From IMG/VR virus record IMGVR_UViG_3300025276_000021: 64,000 bases of DNA; one strand, 5' to 3'. Positions 40,422 through 50,367 of the stretch are shown in pieces. The DNA comes from a virus. Position 1 is the first letter of the stretch. The number at the start of each line of letters is the position of its first letter. The notes beneath the pieces are model-generated. The model saw only the letters and a list, made by a program, of their open reading frames with translations, was not told the DNA's origin and made no database searches. The position numbers were made by a program, and so were the translations under genes.

Positions 40422-41374
40422 TATGCGCTATCCTCGAATCTTATGAAAAATGGTGAAACGGTATAATCTCCGGACTCATCGTTTGTTCGTACTGCCATTA
40501 AATCGTTTATTTTGTTATATTGATCGTAACCTGTAACTCTTTCTGAAATAATAGAGTTAGTTACATTTGCAACATAAACAAATGTTCTATTACTTGGCAC
40601 TAATGCTTCTGTTGTAAGTGTTAGTTTAATTCTATATCTATCTGCTCCAGGAGCAGTTTGGTTTGGCAAACTTCCTTGATTGTCAAACAATGTCTCATCG
40701 TCTTCCGATGTTACAATATCTTGAGTCACTAAAAATCCTACAACAGCATCTACAGACGATGTATATTTTGAAATTATAAGCTCTTGCTGAGGAGCGTGAA
40801 CAAAAAATCCTTGAGTAAAAAAGTCAGCTTCGCCGACAGATATTTTTGTTCCAAAGCCAAACGCAGGATCTAGTTTGGTATTCGTTGTTTGTGTGATTAG
40901 TCGAGTACTGCCCTCACTTTGAACCAACTCTTCGCCAGGAGTAACGCTAATCGTTGATGTTCCTGAAGTCGCATTTAAAGTGCTTGTGTATTGAACATAA
41001 AGTGTTGCTGGATCTGAGCCTGCAGCTATGACAACCTCTATTACTTTTACAATCACTCCAGAAACTTGACCCACAAATGATGTTCCCACTAGTGAAGTGG
41101 GATCCGAAGGTAATGGATTAATTGCTGTGTTTAATTTAATAAATCTATAACCTCTATTAATTGATAAACCACCTGGCGAAACTGAGGCACCTTCTTTAAA
41201 TATATTCTTTCCGAATCTTTCGATTCCGGTTTGAATTATAGTCTGAAGTTGGGTTAATTCCCTAGCTTGCAATGCTCTGTTACTATTAAAGAGAACGCGC
41301 TGAAAACTTTTGTCCTCATCGTAATCATCTCTATAGACATCCGAGAATGTCGAGGTGGTATATGTCTTGACCAT
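40421..41374 (-). CDS. VrlC/DUF4815-like virion structural protein, N-terminal part
   Basis: YRDDYDEDKSFQRVLF...LQARELTQLQT, APGADRYRI and RTNDESGDYTV motifs. Confidence 0.8.
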   Translation of the reverse strand: MVKTYTTSTFSDVYRDDYDEDKSFQRVLFNSNRALQARELTQLQTIIQTGIERFGKNIFKEGASVSPGGLSINRGYRFIKLNTAINPLPSDPTSLVGTSFVGQVSGVIVKVIEVVIAAGSDPATLYVQYTSTLNATSGTSTISVTPGEELVQSEGSTRLITQTTNTKLDPAFGFGTKISVGEADFFTQGFFVHAPQQELIISKYTSSVDAVVGFLVTQDIVTSEDDETLFDNQGSLPNQTAPGADRYRIKLTLTTEALVPSNRTFVYVANVTNSIISERVTGYDQYNKINDLMAVRTNDESGDYTVSPFFIRFEDSA

Positions 41375-41385
41375 TAGTATTCTTT

Positions 41386-42753
41386 CTATGAACAGTTGTC
41401 AAGTTTTATGACAATTTTTATATCTTCGGTTTGATTAGGAACACGTTCAACAGCGGCTCTATTATCTATATACAAAATATCTCCAGATCTAGGATTAGCT
41501 TCTCCTATTATTTTAGGAAGTAAGATAACGCCCTCGCCAGCGCCGCCAGTTTCACTTATAGAATCGCCTGCAACAAATGGTACATATCCAGTTGAGTCGA
41601 ATTGGTGATAAAATATCGTATTCCCGACAACATGATCTACCCAAGCTTTTGCTCCACTTGTAGAGCCTACTATATCTCTGTCTGCACTAATTGCCACGGC
41701 TTGAGAGGACAATGTCATACTGTTGAGCGTTCTGCCTGTGTTTTGACTAAAGTTAGTAGAGGACGCAGAATCTTTAATATTTTTTATAATACATATCTGT
41801 CTAAAATCTTGTGATGTTATAAAGTCTGGTTCACTGCCTGTTATTTTGCTATTAATTAAAATCATCTGAGATTTTAGATCGGTAACTGCATTAGAACCAA
41901 AGCCTCTAGATGTTGAAAGTACAGGTCTAACAACCGCGCCGGTGCCAGTTGTATCGTCAATAGTTAAAATTGCACCATCTAGATTATGTTGAAAATGGAA
42001 TGTCGAAGAATCTGCTGCATATGATACTTTTGATATTTTACCAGCATTGATCGTTCGAATGATAAACGGATTATAAACTCCGTTAACTCTAAAATCGCAA
42101 GAGTCCACGTGATAATTACTACCACTATCTTCAATTATAAATGATGTAATCTGATCGCCACGTGCTGCATTTTGAACTGCCCATTGCTTATTTTCTGCGC
42201 CAGTAGAATTTGAATCTACACTTTCGATATAACGCACAGGCATATAGTTTTGTGTCATGTAATAATTAGCTTCTAATGCCGAAACAGTGTATAAAAATTT
42301 CCAAATATAACCATCTGAAGTTCCAAATGGATGTAGGTTTTCTAAAGCAGGTTTAATAGTGGAAGCTACCTTTGCTCCTGTTGTATCGCGACCTATTTGT
42401 AAACATATAAAGACTTGATTATTGTCGTTCATAACATAAAATGGCTTTGCTGTAGGATAATCACTTAGTATATTCTTATCATCATACTGCGAATAGAATG
42501 TACCGGAAGTCCAATCTTTTCTAGGAACAACATAAGACGCGCTATTAACTTTAATAACCGCTTGCAGTCCACGTCTAAAGCGATTTTCTTCGGAAATATC
42601 AGCTCTCGGAGCAGGCGCAGAATCATTTCCACCAGTCCAAGGATTGCTTCTAGACAAACCTATGTAGAAAGCAGGATCGGTTCCATTTTTAATATTAGTT
42701 AAAAGTGGTTTAACTAATTCTTGCTTTAGTGTTTCTGTTACAATTGATGCCAT
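41386..42753 (-). CDS. gp8: Baseplate wedge subunit
   Basis: VPRKDW, FYVMN...VFICL, DGYIWKFLY and SGDILYIDNR...QTEDIKIVI. Confidence 0.85.
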   Translation of the reverse strand: MASIVTETLKQELVKPLLTNIKNGTDPAFYIGLSRSNPWTGGNDSAPAPRADISEENRFRRGLQAVIKVNSASYVVPRKDWTSGTFYSQYDDKNILSDYPTAKPFYVMNDNNQVFICLQIGRDTTGAKVASTIKPALENLHPFGTSDGYIWKFLYTVSALEANYYMTQNYMPVRYIESVDSNSTGAENKQWAVQNAARGDQITSFIIEDSGSNYHVDSCDFRVNGVYNPFIIRTINAGKISKVSYAADSSTFHFQHNLDGAILTIDDTTGTGAVVRPVLSTSRGFGSNAVTDLKSQMILINSKITGSEPDFITSQDFRQICIIKNIKDSASSTNFSQNTGRTLNSMTLSSQAVAISADRDIVGSTSGAKAWVDHVVGNTIFYHQFDSTGYVPFVAGDSISETGGAGEGVILLPKIIGEANPRSGDILYIDNRAAVERVPNQTEDIKIVIKLDNCS

Positions 42754-42765
42754 ATCATTTCCTAC

Positions 42766-43974
42766 TTAAATTAAAGCGTCTTTCATTAACAACGCAGTTT
42801 TTCCTTTTACATCGTTTAAAATAACGCTTCTAATATCGTACTTAGTATTTATATAGTTTGAATCCATTTCTGAAGAATCACAATAAACGAATTCCATTAT
42901 TATTCTTTGTCTGTCTGCTCCACTAGCAGCTACTAACGAATTTCCGAAATAATCAAAAGAGTCTGCACTAGCTAAAGGAGCTTCAGAATGAAAACAAAAA
43001 TCTTGTGTTGATAGAGTTGACCAAGGGTCGTGTCTATCTGCAAGCGCATAAAAATACTCGTCTGTAACAGACTTAAGGGCTGTTAGATGCTTACTATTTA
43101 CTCGGTGTGTTGAGATAAGATTATGTTTTAACTCACCAGGAAGTAAACTCAGAGAGCCGTTGTAAGAAACTCCCCATTCTATTACATCGCCACTATCTAA
43201 TTCTATATTATTGCTTGAATCGTATCCGCTGCCCGTCAGTGTCGTTTCTAAAGTTGCCATGTTACCAGTATTCGCTAATTGAAAGCACCCCAACATATCT
43301 GTTTTTGCAGATAGATGAAATAAAGAACTATCAATATCTAAATCTGGATCGACATATGCTATAGGTTCAATTGATTGAATCGTTACATCTGCCTGGGTGT
43401 CTATCTGCATTTCTGCGGCAAGGTGAAAGCCTGACGGATGAACAAATTTTCTATAAAAATCTTCATATTTGCCCAAAGAAGTTTTTGACTTAATCAATAT
43501 CGAAAGAACTTGATACACTCCACCATCTTGCAAAATCTTAGTAGAATTTGGACCGATTATAGAGTAACTATCTCCAACCATAAATAGTTTACTTTTAGGA
43601 TACGTTATTTCTGCGGTATCATCACTATAGAATGATCTGAAAAATCCTTTCGCCGAATATAGAGAACCTTTAACTCTAAAAAATTTAGCAAAATTTCTAA
43701 GAACTTCCCGAGGCTCTGAGAAAAATTCTTGGCCCATACCTAAAGCAAACTCCTCAAACATGTTGTCAAGGTATGCTAATTTTGTTGTTCCGATATTTCG
43801 AATTTCGTATAAGTCATTAAGGTCAGCGCCAAACTGTCCATCCGAATCCATAAAATCGTAATATGTTTCTATAAAAGTAATGATATTTGGATAGTCTGTA
43901 GACCAAAATTCAGGAAGAACTTGTTTTACCAGGCTTTCCCTTATTGTTTTCTCTACTACTAGTTCATTTGTCAT
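42766..43974 (-). CDS. Compact baseplate wedge protein (gp7-like)
   Basis: LPEF...YP..ITFIETYYDFM, FFRVKGS and FVHPSGF motifs. It lies between gp6 and gp8. Confidence 0.7.
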   Translation of the reverse strand: MTNELVVEKTIRESLVKQVLPEFWSTDYPNIITFIETYYDFMDSDGQFGADLNDLYEIRNIGTTKLAYLDNMFEEFALGMGQEFFSEPREVLRNFAKFFRVKGSLYSAKGFFRSFYSDDTAEITYPKSKLFMVGDSYSIIGPNSTKILQDGGVYQVLSILIKSKTSLGKYEDFYRKFVHPSGFHLAAEMQIDTQADVTIQSIEPIAYVDPDLDIDSSLFHLSAKTDMLGCFQLANTGNMATLETTLTGSGYDSSNNIELDSGDVIEWGVSYNGSLSLLPGELKHNLISTHRVNSKHLTALKSVTDEYFYALADRHDPWSTLSTQDFCFHSEAPLASADSFDYFGNSLVAASGADRQRIIMEFVYCDSSEMDSNYINTKYDIRSVILNDVKGKTALLMKDALI

Positions 43975-45820
43975 TTTGCAGTACGATCTTTGTTTCTGTA
44001 TGTTCTATATTACCAAATGCTTTGTTTTCAGATTCATCTAAGACTAGGGTATAATTTCTTAAAGGCGAAATGACTGCTGGATCTAAAGGAACAGCAGATA
44101 CTTTTATATATGCTGATCCGCCAACTATCGCGCTAGGTTCAAATCCCACTAATGAAATTGTACCTGTCTTATAGTCGTATGTGCCTATATTTGCAGTCTG
44201 TACTTTTCCTGAACTTTCATTATAAATTTCAATATCTGCTGTGCCTAAAGTATTTCTGAGTGTGCATGTTGCTCCACCGACAGTGAATCTGGATGAGGTG
44301 ATAACATAAGTGTTTGTACTTGCTGAAGCTAATGCAACAGGAAAATATATGTCATATGCACTTGATATGCCCACACTAGGCAAAAATCTTTGTTGAAGTT
44401 TTATAGACATTTTTGAGGCTAAAATAGATTTATCAATATTATCAATTCCTGTTAAGATAGGAGACCTTCTAAATTTAGATTCAAATTTGCCTAAATTCTC
44501 ATTAAAATATGTAGAGATATAATTACGGACAAGAGTTTCCAAGTAAGAATTTGATTGAGATGTTAGACCATCATTATAATAGAAATTTGTTTGTATTTCC
44601 ATATGTGTTAAAGATGGTTCAATAAATTTATTATCGATAGACATTACAGCTAGATTATCACTGAAAAGATTTTTTATAGAATTTTCTGTCTCGGTCTTTA
44701 CAAATTGCGTAGTGTTTGTAGGGTATTTAATTGAAATGTAAACTTTACCATAATCTTTTGGCACGTTTTCTTCACCGCCCCAAACAGTAACATCTTCAAC
44801 TATTGGAAAATTAGACTGTATCATACCTTTATAATCTAGCGAAGTTACAAGTCTTTGTTGTGCTGAAAATTGAATCGGCGCAAGTTTTCTGATAGACTCA
44901 ATCGTTTCTTTTGGCATACCAGAATGAGATAGTATCTGAGTATTGACAGATATTGCATATGAGTTTCCATCAACACTTAGTTCATTTACAGCAGAAAAGC
45001 CGCTGGAGCTGTTTGCTAAAATAGAGTTGCAAGAATTATATGACACGACTATTTTATTACCAGGGTCAGGTGATTTACCAAAAGAAATACCGTCTCCAAA
45101 ATTCAATTCGTAGTAGCCGTTTGGTGCTTCTTTGATATCAAAATACTGTGTCGCAGCCGTTACAGTTATTGCATTTTCTAGGAATGTGTACGTTTCAAAT
45201 TTTTCGCTGGATGGACTTGGGTAAACTAAAACAGACATATCTTTTGTATCAATTGTTTCATCTGGAATTACATAGACTTGATTTTCTGTAACTGTTCCAG
45301 AATAAAAAGTTTTAGTTTTATTTTGACCTTCATGTACAACAACATTAGCTTCGCCGTTAGTGTCTAAAAATTCATAAATGCCATTGCCGCTATCTGTAGC
45401 AGAATATGAAACTCTTGTTCTAAATTTAAATTCGCCTTGTTCGTTTGATGCTGTAAATTCTGTACCTATAGGTAAAGTTATATTACTAGGTCTGCTTCCA
45501 CTACTAACAGCAGAAAGGTCTAAAGTTAGAGACAATGTAGATTTAGATGAGGATCGTGATCTTGGTCTATAACCCAAACCTTCTGCATGTGATACTACGG
45601 ACGATCTTAGTTGGGATGTATTAAGAAAAGATTCATTAGTTGCAAAATTTGCAATCAAACCGTTAAAGTGTGTATTATATGCTAACACATCCAAAATATT
45701 ATTTAATCCAGATGCCTCAAAATCATATCCGTTAAATTCTGATTTCTGTGCAAAATATGTCTTTAAAGAATTTTTTATATTCTCAAAATCTAATTCTGTT
45801 GATGTAATGTTTGTTGCCAT
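43964..45820 (-). CDS. gp6: Baseplate wedge subunit
   Basis: LDFENIKNSLK...YDFEASG...LAYNTH, FGDG..GK.P, QQRLVTSLDY and WGGEEN motifs. Confidence 0.92.
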   Translation of the reverse strand: MATNITSTELDFENIKNSLKTYFAQKSEFNGYDFEASGLNNILDVLAYNTHFNGLIANFATNESFLNTSQLRSSVVSHAEGLGYRPRSRSSSKSTLSLTLDLSAVSSGSRPSNITLPIGTEFTASNEQGEFKFRTRVSYSATDSGNGIYEFLDTNGEANVVVHEGQNKTKTFYSGTVTENQVYVIPDETIDTKDMSVLVYPSPSSEKFETYTFLENAITVTAATQYFDIKEAPNGYYELNFGDGISFGKSPDPGNKIVVSYNSCNSILANSSSGFSAVNELSVDGNSYAISVNTQILSHSGMPKETIESIRKLAPIQFSAQQRLVTSLDYKGMIQSNFPIVEDVTVWGGEENVPKDYGKVYISIKYPTNTTQFVKTETENSIKNLFSDNLAVMSIDNKFIEPSLTHMEIQTNFYYNDGLTSQSNSYLETLVRNYISTYFNENLGKFESKFRRSPILTGIDNIDKSILASKMSIKLQQRFLPSVGISSAYDIYFPVALASASTNTYVITSSRFTVGGATCTLRNTLGTADIEIYNESSGKVQTANIGTYDYKTGTISLVGFEPSAIVGGSAYIKVSAVPLDPAVISPLRNYTLVLDESENKAFGNIEHTETKIVLQNDK

Positions 45821-46279
45821 CTATCTTAACCTTGCTATATCGGTTTCTAATGTTGTAACCGTATTTGTGCTAATAACTTTGAATACAACTCTTGCTGTGC
45901 ATGAATTTGTATCTGGATCTATTGTTGCAAATATATTTAAAATTTCTACTCTAGGTTCAAATGTTTCAATTGCATATTTTATATCATCTTCGACCTCAGA
46001 TTCCGTTAGGTCGTCTGCTAATTCAAAAAATAAACGAGTTATGTTACCACCAAAATATGGATCAAACGGTTTTTCGAAATGGTTAGTAAGTAGCAAATTT
46101 TTTACCGATTGTTTTACTGCATCTGCGTCAGATTTTTTATAAACGTCTGTGGCTAAGCCAGAGCCGAAATTAGGCTTTGTAGTAAAAGCCAAGTCGAGAT
46201 CCGTGTAAGAGCTATTCCTCAGCGTAACGCTAGGAATAGTTCCTAAGTCTTTGTCTTCCATTGATAGTAATTTTGCCAT
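45821..46279 (-). CDS. gp25: Baseplate wedge subunit / sheath nucleator
   Basis: AVKQSVKNLLLTNHFEKPFDPYFG...FEPRV. Confidence 0.9.
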   Translation of the reverse strand: MAKLLSMEDKDLGTIPSVTLRNSSYTDLDLAFTTKPNFGSGLATDVYKKSDADAVKQSVKNLLLTNHFEKPFDPYFGGNITRLFFELADDLTESEVEDDIKYAIETFEPRVEILNIFATIDPDTNSCTARVVFKVISTNTVTTLETDIARLR

Positions 46280-46304
46280 CGAAATCTCTTTGTTTATTTA
46301 ACTA

Positions 46305-46312
46305 TATTTATA
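46305..46312 (-). promoter_or_regulatory. T4-type late promoter TATAAATA
   Basis: Exact motif upstream of gp25. Confidence 0.75.
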
Positions 46313-46322
46313 TAGATTTTCA

Positions 46323-48440
46323 CTATTGCCAGCCACCATTATATTGATTATCGTCAAGTGTATCGTTAAATTCTTCCTCATTGATAGAAGGAATTTCAAC
46401 TAAATCTCTGTTACTCAAAAGTTCATTATTCCAAAATGTATCAATTTTCATTTTGAAAAACGCTTGATAATTTACTGGAATTAAAGGAGTACTTATCACT
46501 ATTTGCGCGTGATGTTTTTCTTGTTTCGTATCAAATTTATCATAATAAAGAGATAATTTATCGTAGTGTGCGTTATCTTTTAAATAGACTGCAAGATCAA
46601 AAGTTTTATCCAAAGCAAGCTTGCCGGTTTGGACATCATACAATTCATAGACAATAGCCCTACCTTGCGTTTTTAAATCTGTAATACTATCTGCAACAAA
46701 TTCTTCCTTACTTCCGAGTTTATATAAACCTTCAACAACTTCTAAAGAATATCCGTTGAAATCTTCTAATGTTTTATATAACTCTAATATTTCCACATGA
46801 GGTAATAGATTTCTAGCGATAGCTTTTCTTTTTAAAGGACTATTAACATGATTTAGATTTATGGGATCGCCAAAAGTAGACACGAATTTAGATAAAGACT
46901 GATTTTGAGACAGTTTGGTAGACATACTAACATCTTCCATTTTACTTATATTATATACAGTTTCTGGCAATAAGGTGACTGTTTTAGATTTGGACGATGC
47001 TTGCGAAGGAATAAATCTTTTTGTACGCGAAACTCCTTCGCTATTACCTATACTTTTTGATCCTGTTGCTACGGTAAATTTTTCGCCTCTCACTCTTCCT
47101 ATACTATCTGGTGCTTTTGATTTATATTCTGCAGATAGAATCCCTTTACTAATTTGATTTAAAGTAAATTTGCCGTTATTAAAATTGTTTGTATTTTTTA
47201 ATTTTGAACGTACTTCAGATATTGTCAAATCTCTATCTGATATTCCATCATTATTTTCTGTCTGATCAATAGAATTTTTAATTCCATCGTCCTCGTCTAT
47301 TTTAACAATTCTATATCCTAAATTAGATTTTCTAAGATGCTCGTTCATATATTCTGCATCAGGCAATGCAGTTGCGCCACCGTTTTTACTAAAACTAGTT
47401 GATATTGCTGCATCTTTAGGATTTAAAGTTAATGAAGAAATTTTCGATATAGCTCCTTTTGCTCTTAGCGCATCTTGCGCTTTAGATGCTGTTCCGTCTA
47501 AATTGCCGTGGATCACACCCTTTACTTTAATATCATCTGAAGCACTAAGAGTTTTGGTATCTACGTTTTCGTTCGCATATATGTTTTTAGTGTAAATAAT
47601 CATATCTTTACCGCCCATGGTTCCGACTGCGCCGACGGCTGTCAAATTATCAGCGGCTAAATTCATATTTACAGTTGACATATCAATACCAGTCTCGGAT
47701 GTGAATTTTGCTACATCACTGTGAAAATAGTTACCTTTACCACGTACCATCTGTTTAAATGTTCCTTTGACTAAAGTATTTACCCCATCTAAAAATGTGT
47801 TAGTGACTTGCTGCAAAACAGTAGATGATTTTGATCCAATAATTTTTTCAGTCAAATGCTTAGTTATCGTCTTTCTATATGATCCTAAAACTTTCATAAT
47901 TTTGTTGCCGCCAACATTTACATTATAATCACCTTTTACATTTAAATTGTAATCTCCCGTTACTGTCATACTCAAATTACCATTATAAACAATATGACCG
48001 TCACCACCAACAGATAAAGAATAATTGCCCGAGCTTATTTCAACTCTGTTGCCCGTACTATTGACAAGTATCGTTCCGTCTGGTTGAATATCAACTCCTG
48101 CGCCACAGTTATGTTTTATCAATACTCTTTCGCCGCCTGGTGTATCGTTTATTTCTATGATATGACCTGAAGGAGATTCATCTGTCTGAACATGTGTGTA
48201 TTCGTAATTATCTACAGTATTGTAATTAACAGCTTTGCCAGGAATACCACTCTTGACTGCAAGATTATTAGGCTTTTCTCCACGACTTGATTTATTTACT
48301 GAGGATTGATTGTTATATTCTTTCGTTGGATACTTCAAATTGGGATCACTAAAACCCTTCTGGTTCTTTCCCTCATTTTCTGTATAGCTTTTGCCGAGGG
48401 CATCTTGTCTCTGCTGTAGGTCGTCATTTTCAGAAGTCAT
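46323..48440 (-). CDS. Baseplate hub spike: gp5 C-terminal beta-helix part plus a possibly degenerate peptidase M15-like domain
   Basis: ESPSGHIIEINDTPGGERV..KH and VxGDYNLxVxG repeats. Confidence 0.75.
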   Translation of the reverse strand: MTSENDDLQQRQDALGKSYTENEGKNQKGFSDPNLKYPTKEYNNQSSVNKSSRGEKPNNLAVKSGIPGKAVNYNTVDNYEYTHVQTDESPSGHIIEINDTPGGERVLIKHNCGAGVDIQPDGTILVNSTGNRVEISSGNYSLSVGGDGHIVYNGNLSMTVTGDYNLNVKGDYNVNVGGNKIMKVLGSYRKTITKHLTEKIIGSKSSTVLQQVTNTFLDGVNTLVKGTFKQMVRGKGNYFHSDVAKFTSETGIDMSTVNMNLAADNLTAVGAVGTMGGKDMIIYTKNIYANENVDTKTLSASDDIKVKGVIHGNLDGTASKAQDALRAKGAISKISSLTLNPKDAAISTSFSKNGGATALPDAEYMNEHLRKSNLGYRIVKIDEDDGIKNSIDQTENNDGISDRDLTISEVRSKLKNTNNFNNGKFTLNQISKGILSAEYKSKAPDSIGRVRGEKFTVATGSKSIGNSEGVSRTKRFIPSQASSKSKTVTLLPETVYNISKMEDVSMSTKLSQNQSLSKFVSTFGDPINLNHVNSPLKRKAIARNLLPHVEILELYKTLEDFNGYSLEVVEGLYKLGSKEEFVADSITDLKTQGRAIVYELYDVQTGKLALDKTFDLAVYLKDNAHYDKLSLYYDKFDTKQEKHHAQIVISTPLIPVNYQAFFKMKIDTFWNNELLSNRDLVEIPSINEEEFNDTLDDNQYNGGWQ

Positions 48441-48456
48441 TTTATATCCTCATTCA

Positions 48457-50367
48457 TCAATATACGGGCTGAGCGCCGGATTTGAAACCGATTTTTGCAA
48501 ATCTAGCCATAGCAGCTGGATCATCTAATGGTCCTACCGCAGTCCAAATATTTCGTTTTCCCGACCTTCTGGCTGGTATCACTTGTACTTCATAACGATC
48601 TATTTTTTTATACATTTCTGGAACTTCATATCCCTGATCTGCGTACCACTCTCTCATATCGCGGAAAAAGTCTAATGTTAATATCGTGCCAGCTTTATGT
48701 TTTTCTGCATCAACGTCAGATTGCATAATTGTAGTATCCTCATAATGAGTTGATCCTGATCCACTAGACGATTGCGTTTGTTGTGGCAAAGGATCTTTCC
48801 AAACTTCTGCTGGTTCTGGAGAAATTCCCTTTGTGGTAATATTTGAAGATAGTGGTGGTACAATACCAGACTTACTTATATTTTTTTTGTTGAAATTCTT
48901 TTTGACAAAATCTTGCATATCTATACCAGGGTCAATTTTATTGTTTGGATCAGTATCGCTATGACCCCAGACTTGACCTCCCGGATGTACTGAATAAAAT
49001 GCCTTTAAAAATTCTTTAAGTGTTGACCATTGAATAATCTCTATTGATTCCGAACTAACATAATCTTGTGGTCTAGATGTACCACTAGGACAATTATATC
49101 CACCAATCATGCAAATTCCTATACTATAGTTATTATGTCCGTTTGTTTTTGCGTGAGAACCAACTTTATTTATAGGTCTACCTCTTTGTAAGCTACCATC
49201 TCTCTTTATAACATAATGATATCCACAGCCAGAAAAACCTCTAGCCTGATGCCATTTGTGAATATCTTCTGAACCAATTTTACCCTGATCGATATAATTT
49301 GCGCTCCAGTGAACTACGACTTCGGTAATATCTCGGATAGCCGATCTGATATCGGAAACAATTTCTTCATATGAATTAACAAATGTAAATTTGTAAGCTT
49401 GATTTCCTACAACTGGCGTCTTTGAGCCTTGCCATTTTTCTTGGTTTTTAGAAGTTACTACTATATCTGTAGTGCGGGATCCAAAATTAATATTAGTATT
49501 AGGAGGTCTTAGCATATTTGAAATTGAAGGATCTAAATCAAATATGTCTGACTGTAAACTCTTTAAATCTACGTTAGGGAAAGCTTTTTCTACTTTGCCG
49601 CTTATCAAATCCATGACAGAGTTTTTATCGCCATCTAAGATGCCTTGAATTGCTACAACTTGATCTAGAGGTTCTAAGAGACCCCTTGAAAGTGCGGTAA
49701 CTTCATTCAGAATAACATCATTCGAATTTGCGATAAGCCTGTTTAAAATACCACCATTAAATCCACCTAGCGCAGTTTCAGCGCCGTTTGTAAGATTTCC
49801 AACAGCATCCGTAAACTTACTTTCTAATTCGCCGAGCTTAGATGTAATGCCGGTGCCTCCTATGCCACCAGCAACATCTTTGATCAAATCGTCAATGGCA
49901 GGTAAAGAAAATGCGCCTGCAATATCGCCTAGCATATCTGCTGACGGCAATGAACCTGTAGCAATCTCTAATGAACTAGCTATGGATTTGGGATTAGGAG
50001 AAGATATTATTTCACTTAAAGAAGCTGCTGCGGCAGAAGAAATTCCTGTTACATTTGTAAGTTTGTTTGGAACTGCGCTTGTCGTATTCAATAAGCTTTC
50101 AAAGCCCGGCACTTCTGACGTAAGTTGAGCGACACCCGATGTTAAATTTGTTGCTCCAATGTCAATAGCGTCAAATTCAGATACTAGACATTTTACGCCA
50201 CCAACAGTCTCTCCTACTTTTCCACCTAACAGACTTGAACTAACTGAAGAAAGGTCTGCGCCAACATTTTCTATAGTTGCTGCATGTTTTTTTACATTTG
50301 AAACTACTTTCAAATTAGAGACCATTTGTCCGACCTCTTCAAATCCTATCGCGTTTGTTAAACTCAT
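48457..50367 (-). CDS. Virion-associated N-acetylmuramoyl-L-alanine amidase (Amidase_2) with a long N-terminal extension
   Basis: VVVHWSA, GYHYVIKRDG..QRGRP, GSHA, SIGICMIGG and WGHSD...KIDPG. Confidence 0.82.
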   Translation of the reverse strand: MSLTNAIGFEEVGQMVSNLKVVSNVKKHAATIENVGADLSSVSSSLLGGKVGETVGGVKCLVSEFDAIDIGATNLTSGVAQLTSEVPGFESLLNTTSAVPNKLTNVTGISSAAAASLSEIISSPNPKSIASSLEIATGSLPSADMLGDIAGAFSLPAIDDLIKDVAGGIGGTGITSKLGELESKFTDAVGNLTNGAETALGGFNGGILNRLIANSNDVILNEVTALSRGLLEPLDQVVAIQGILDGDKNSVMDLISGKVEKAFPNVDLKSLQSDIFDLDPSISNMLRPPNTNINFGSRTTDIVVTSKNQEKWQGSKTPVVGNQAYKFTFVNSYEEIVSDIRSAIRDITEVVVHWSANYIDQGKIGSEDIHKWHQARGFSGCGYHYVIKRDGSLQRGRPINKVGSHAKTNGHNNYSIGICMIGGYNCPSGTSRPQDYVSSESIEIIQWSTLKEFLKAFYSVHPGGQVWGHSDTDPNNKIDPGIDMQDFVKKNFNKKNISKSGIVPPLSSNITTKGISPEPAEVWKDPLPQQTQSSSGSGSTHYEDTTIMQSDVDAEKHKAGTILTLDFFRDMREWYADQGYEVPEMYKKIDRYEVQVIPARRSGKRNIWTAVGPLDDPAAMARFAKIGFKSGAQPVY

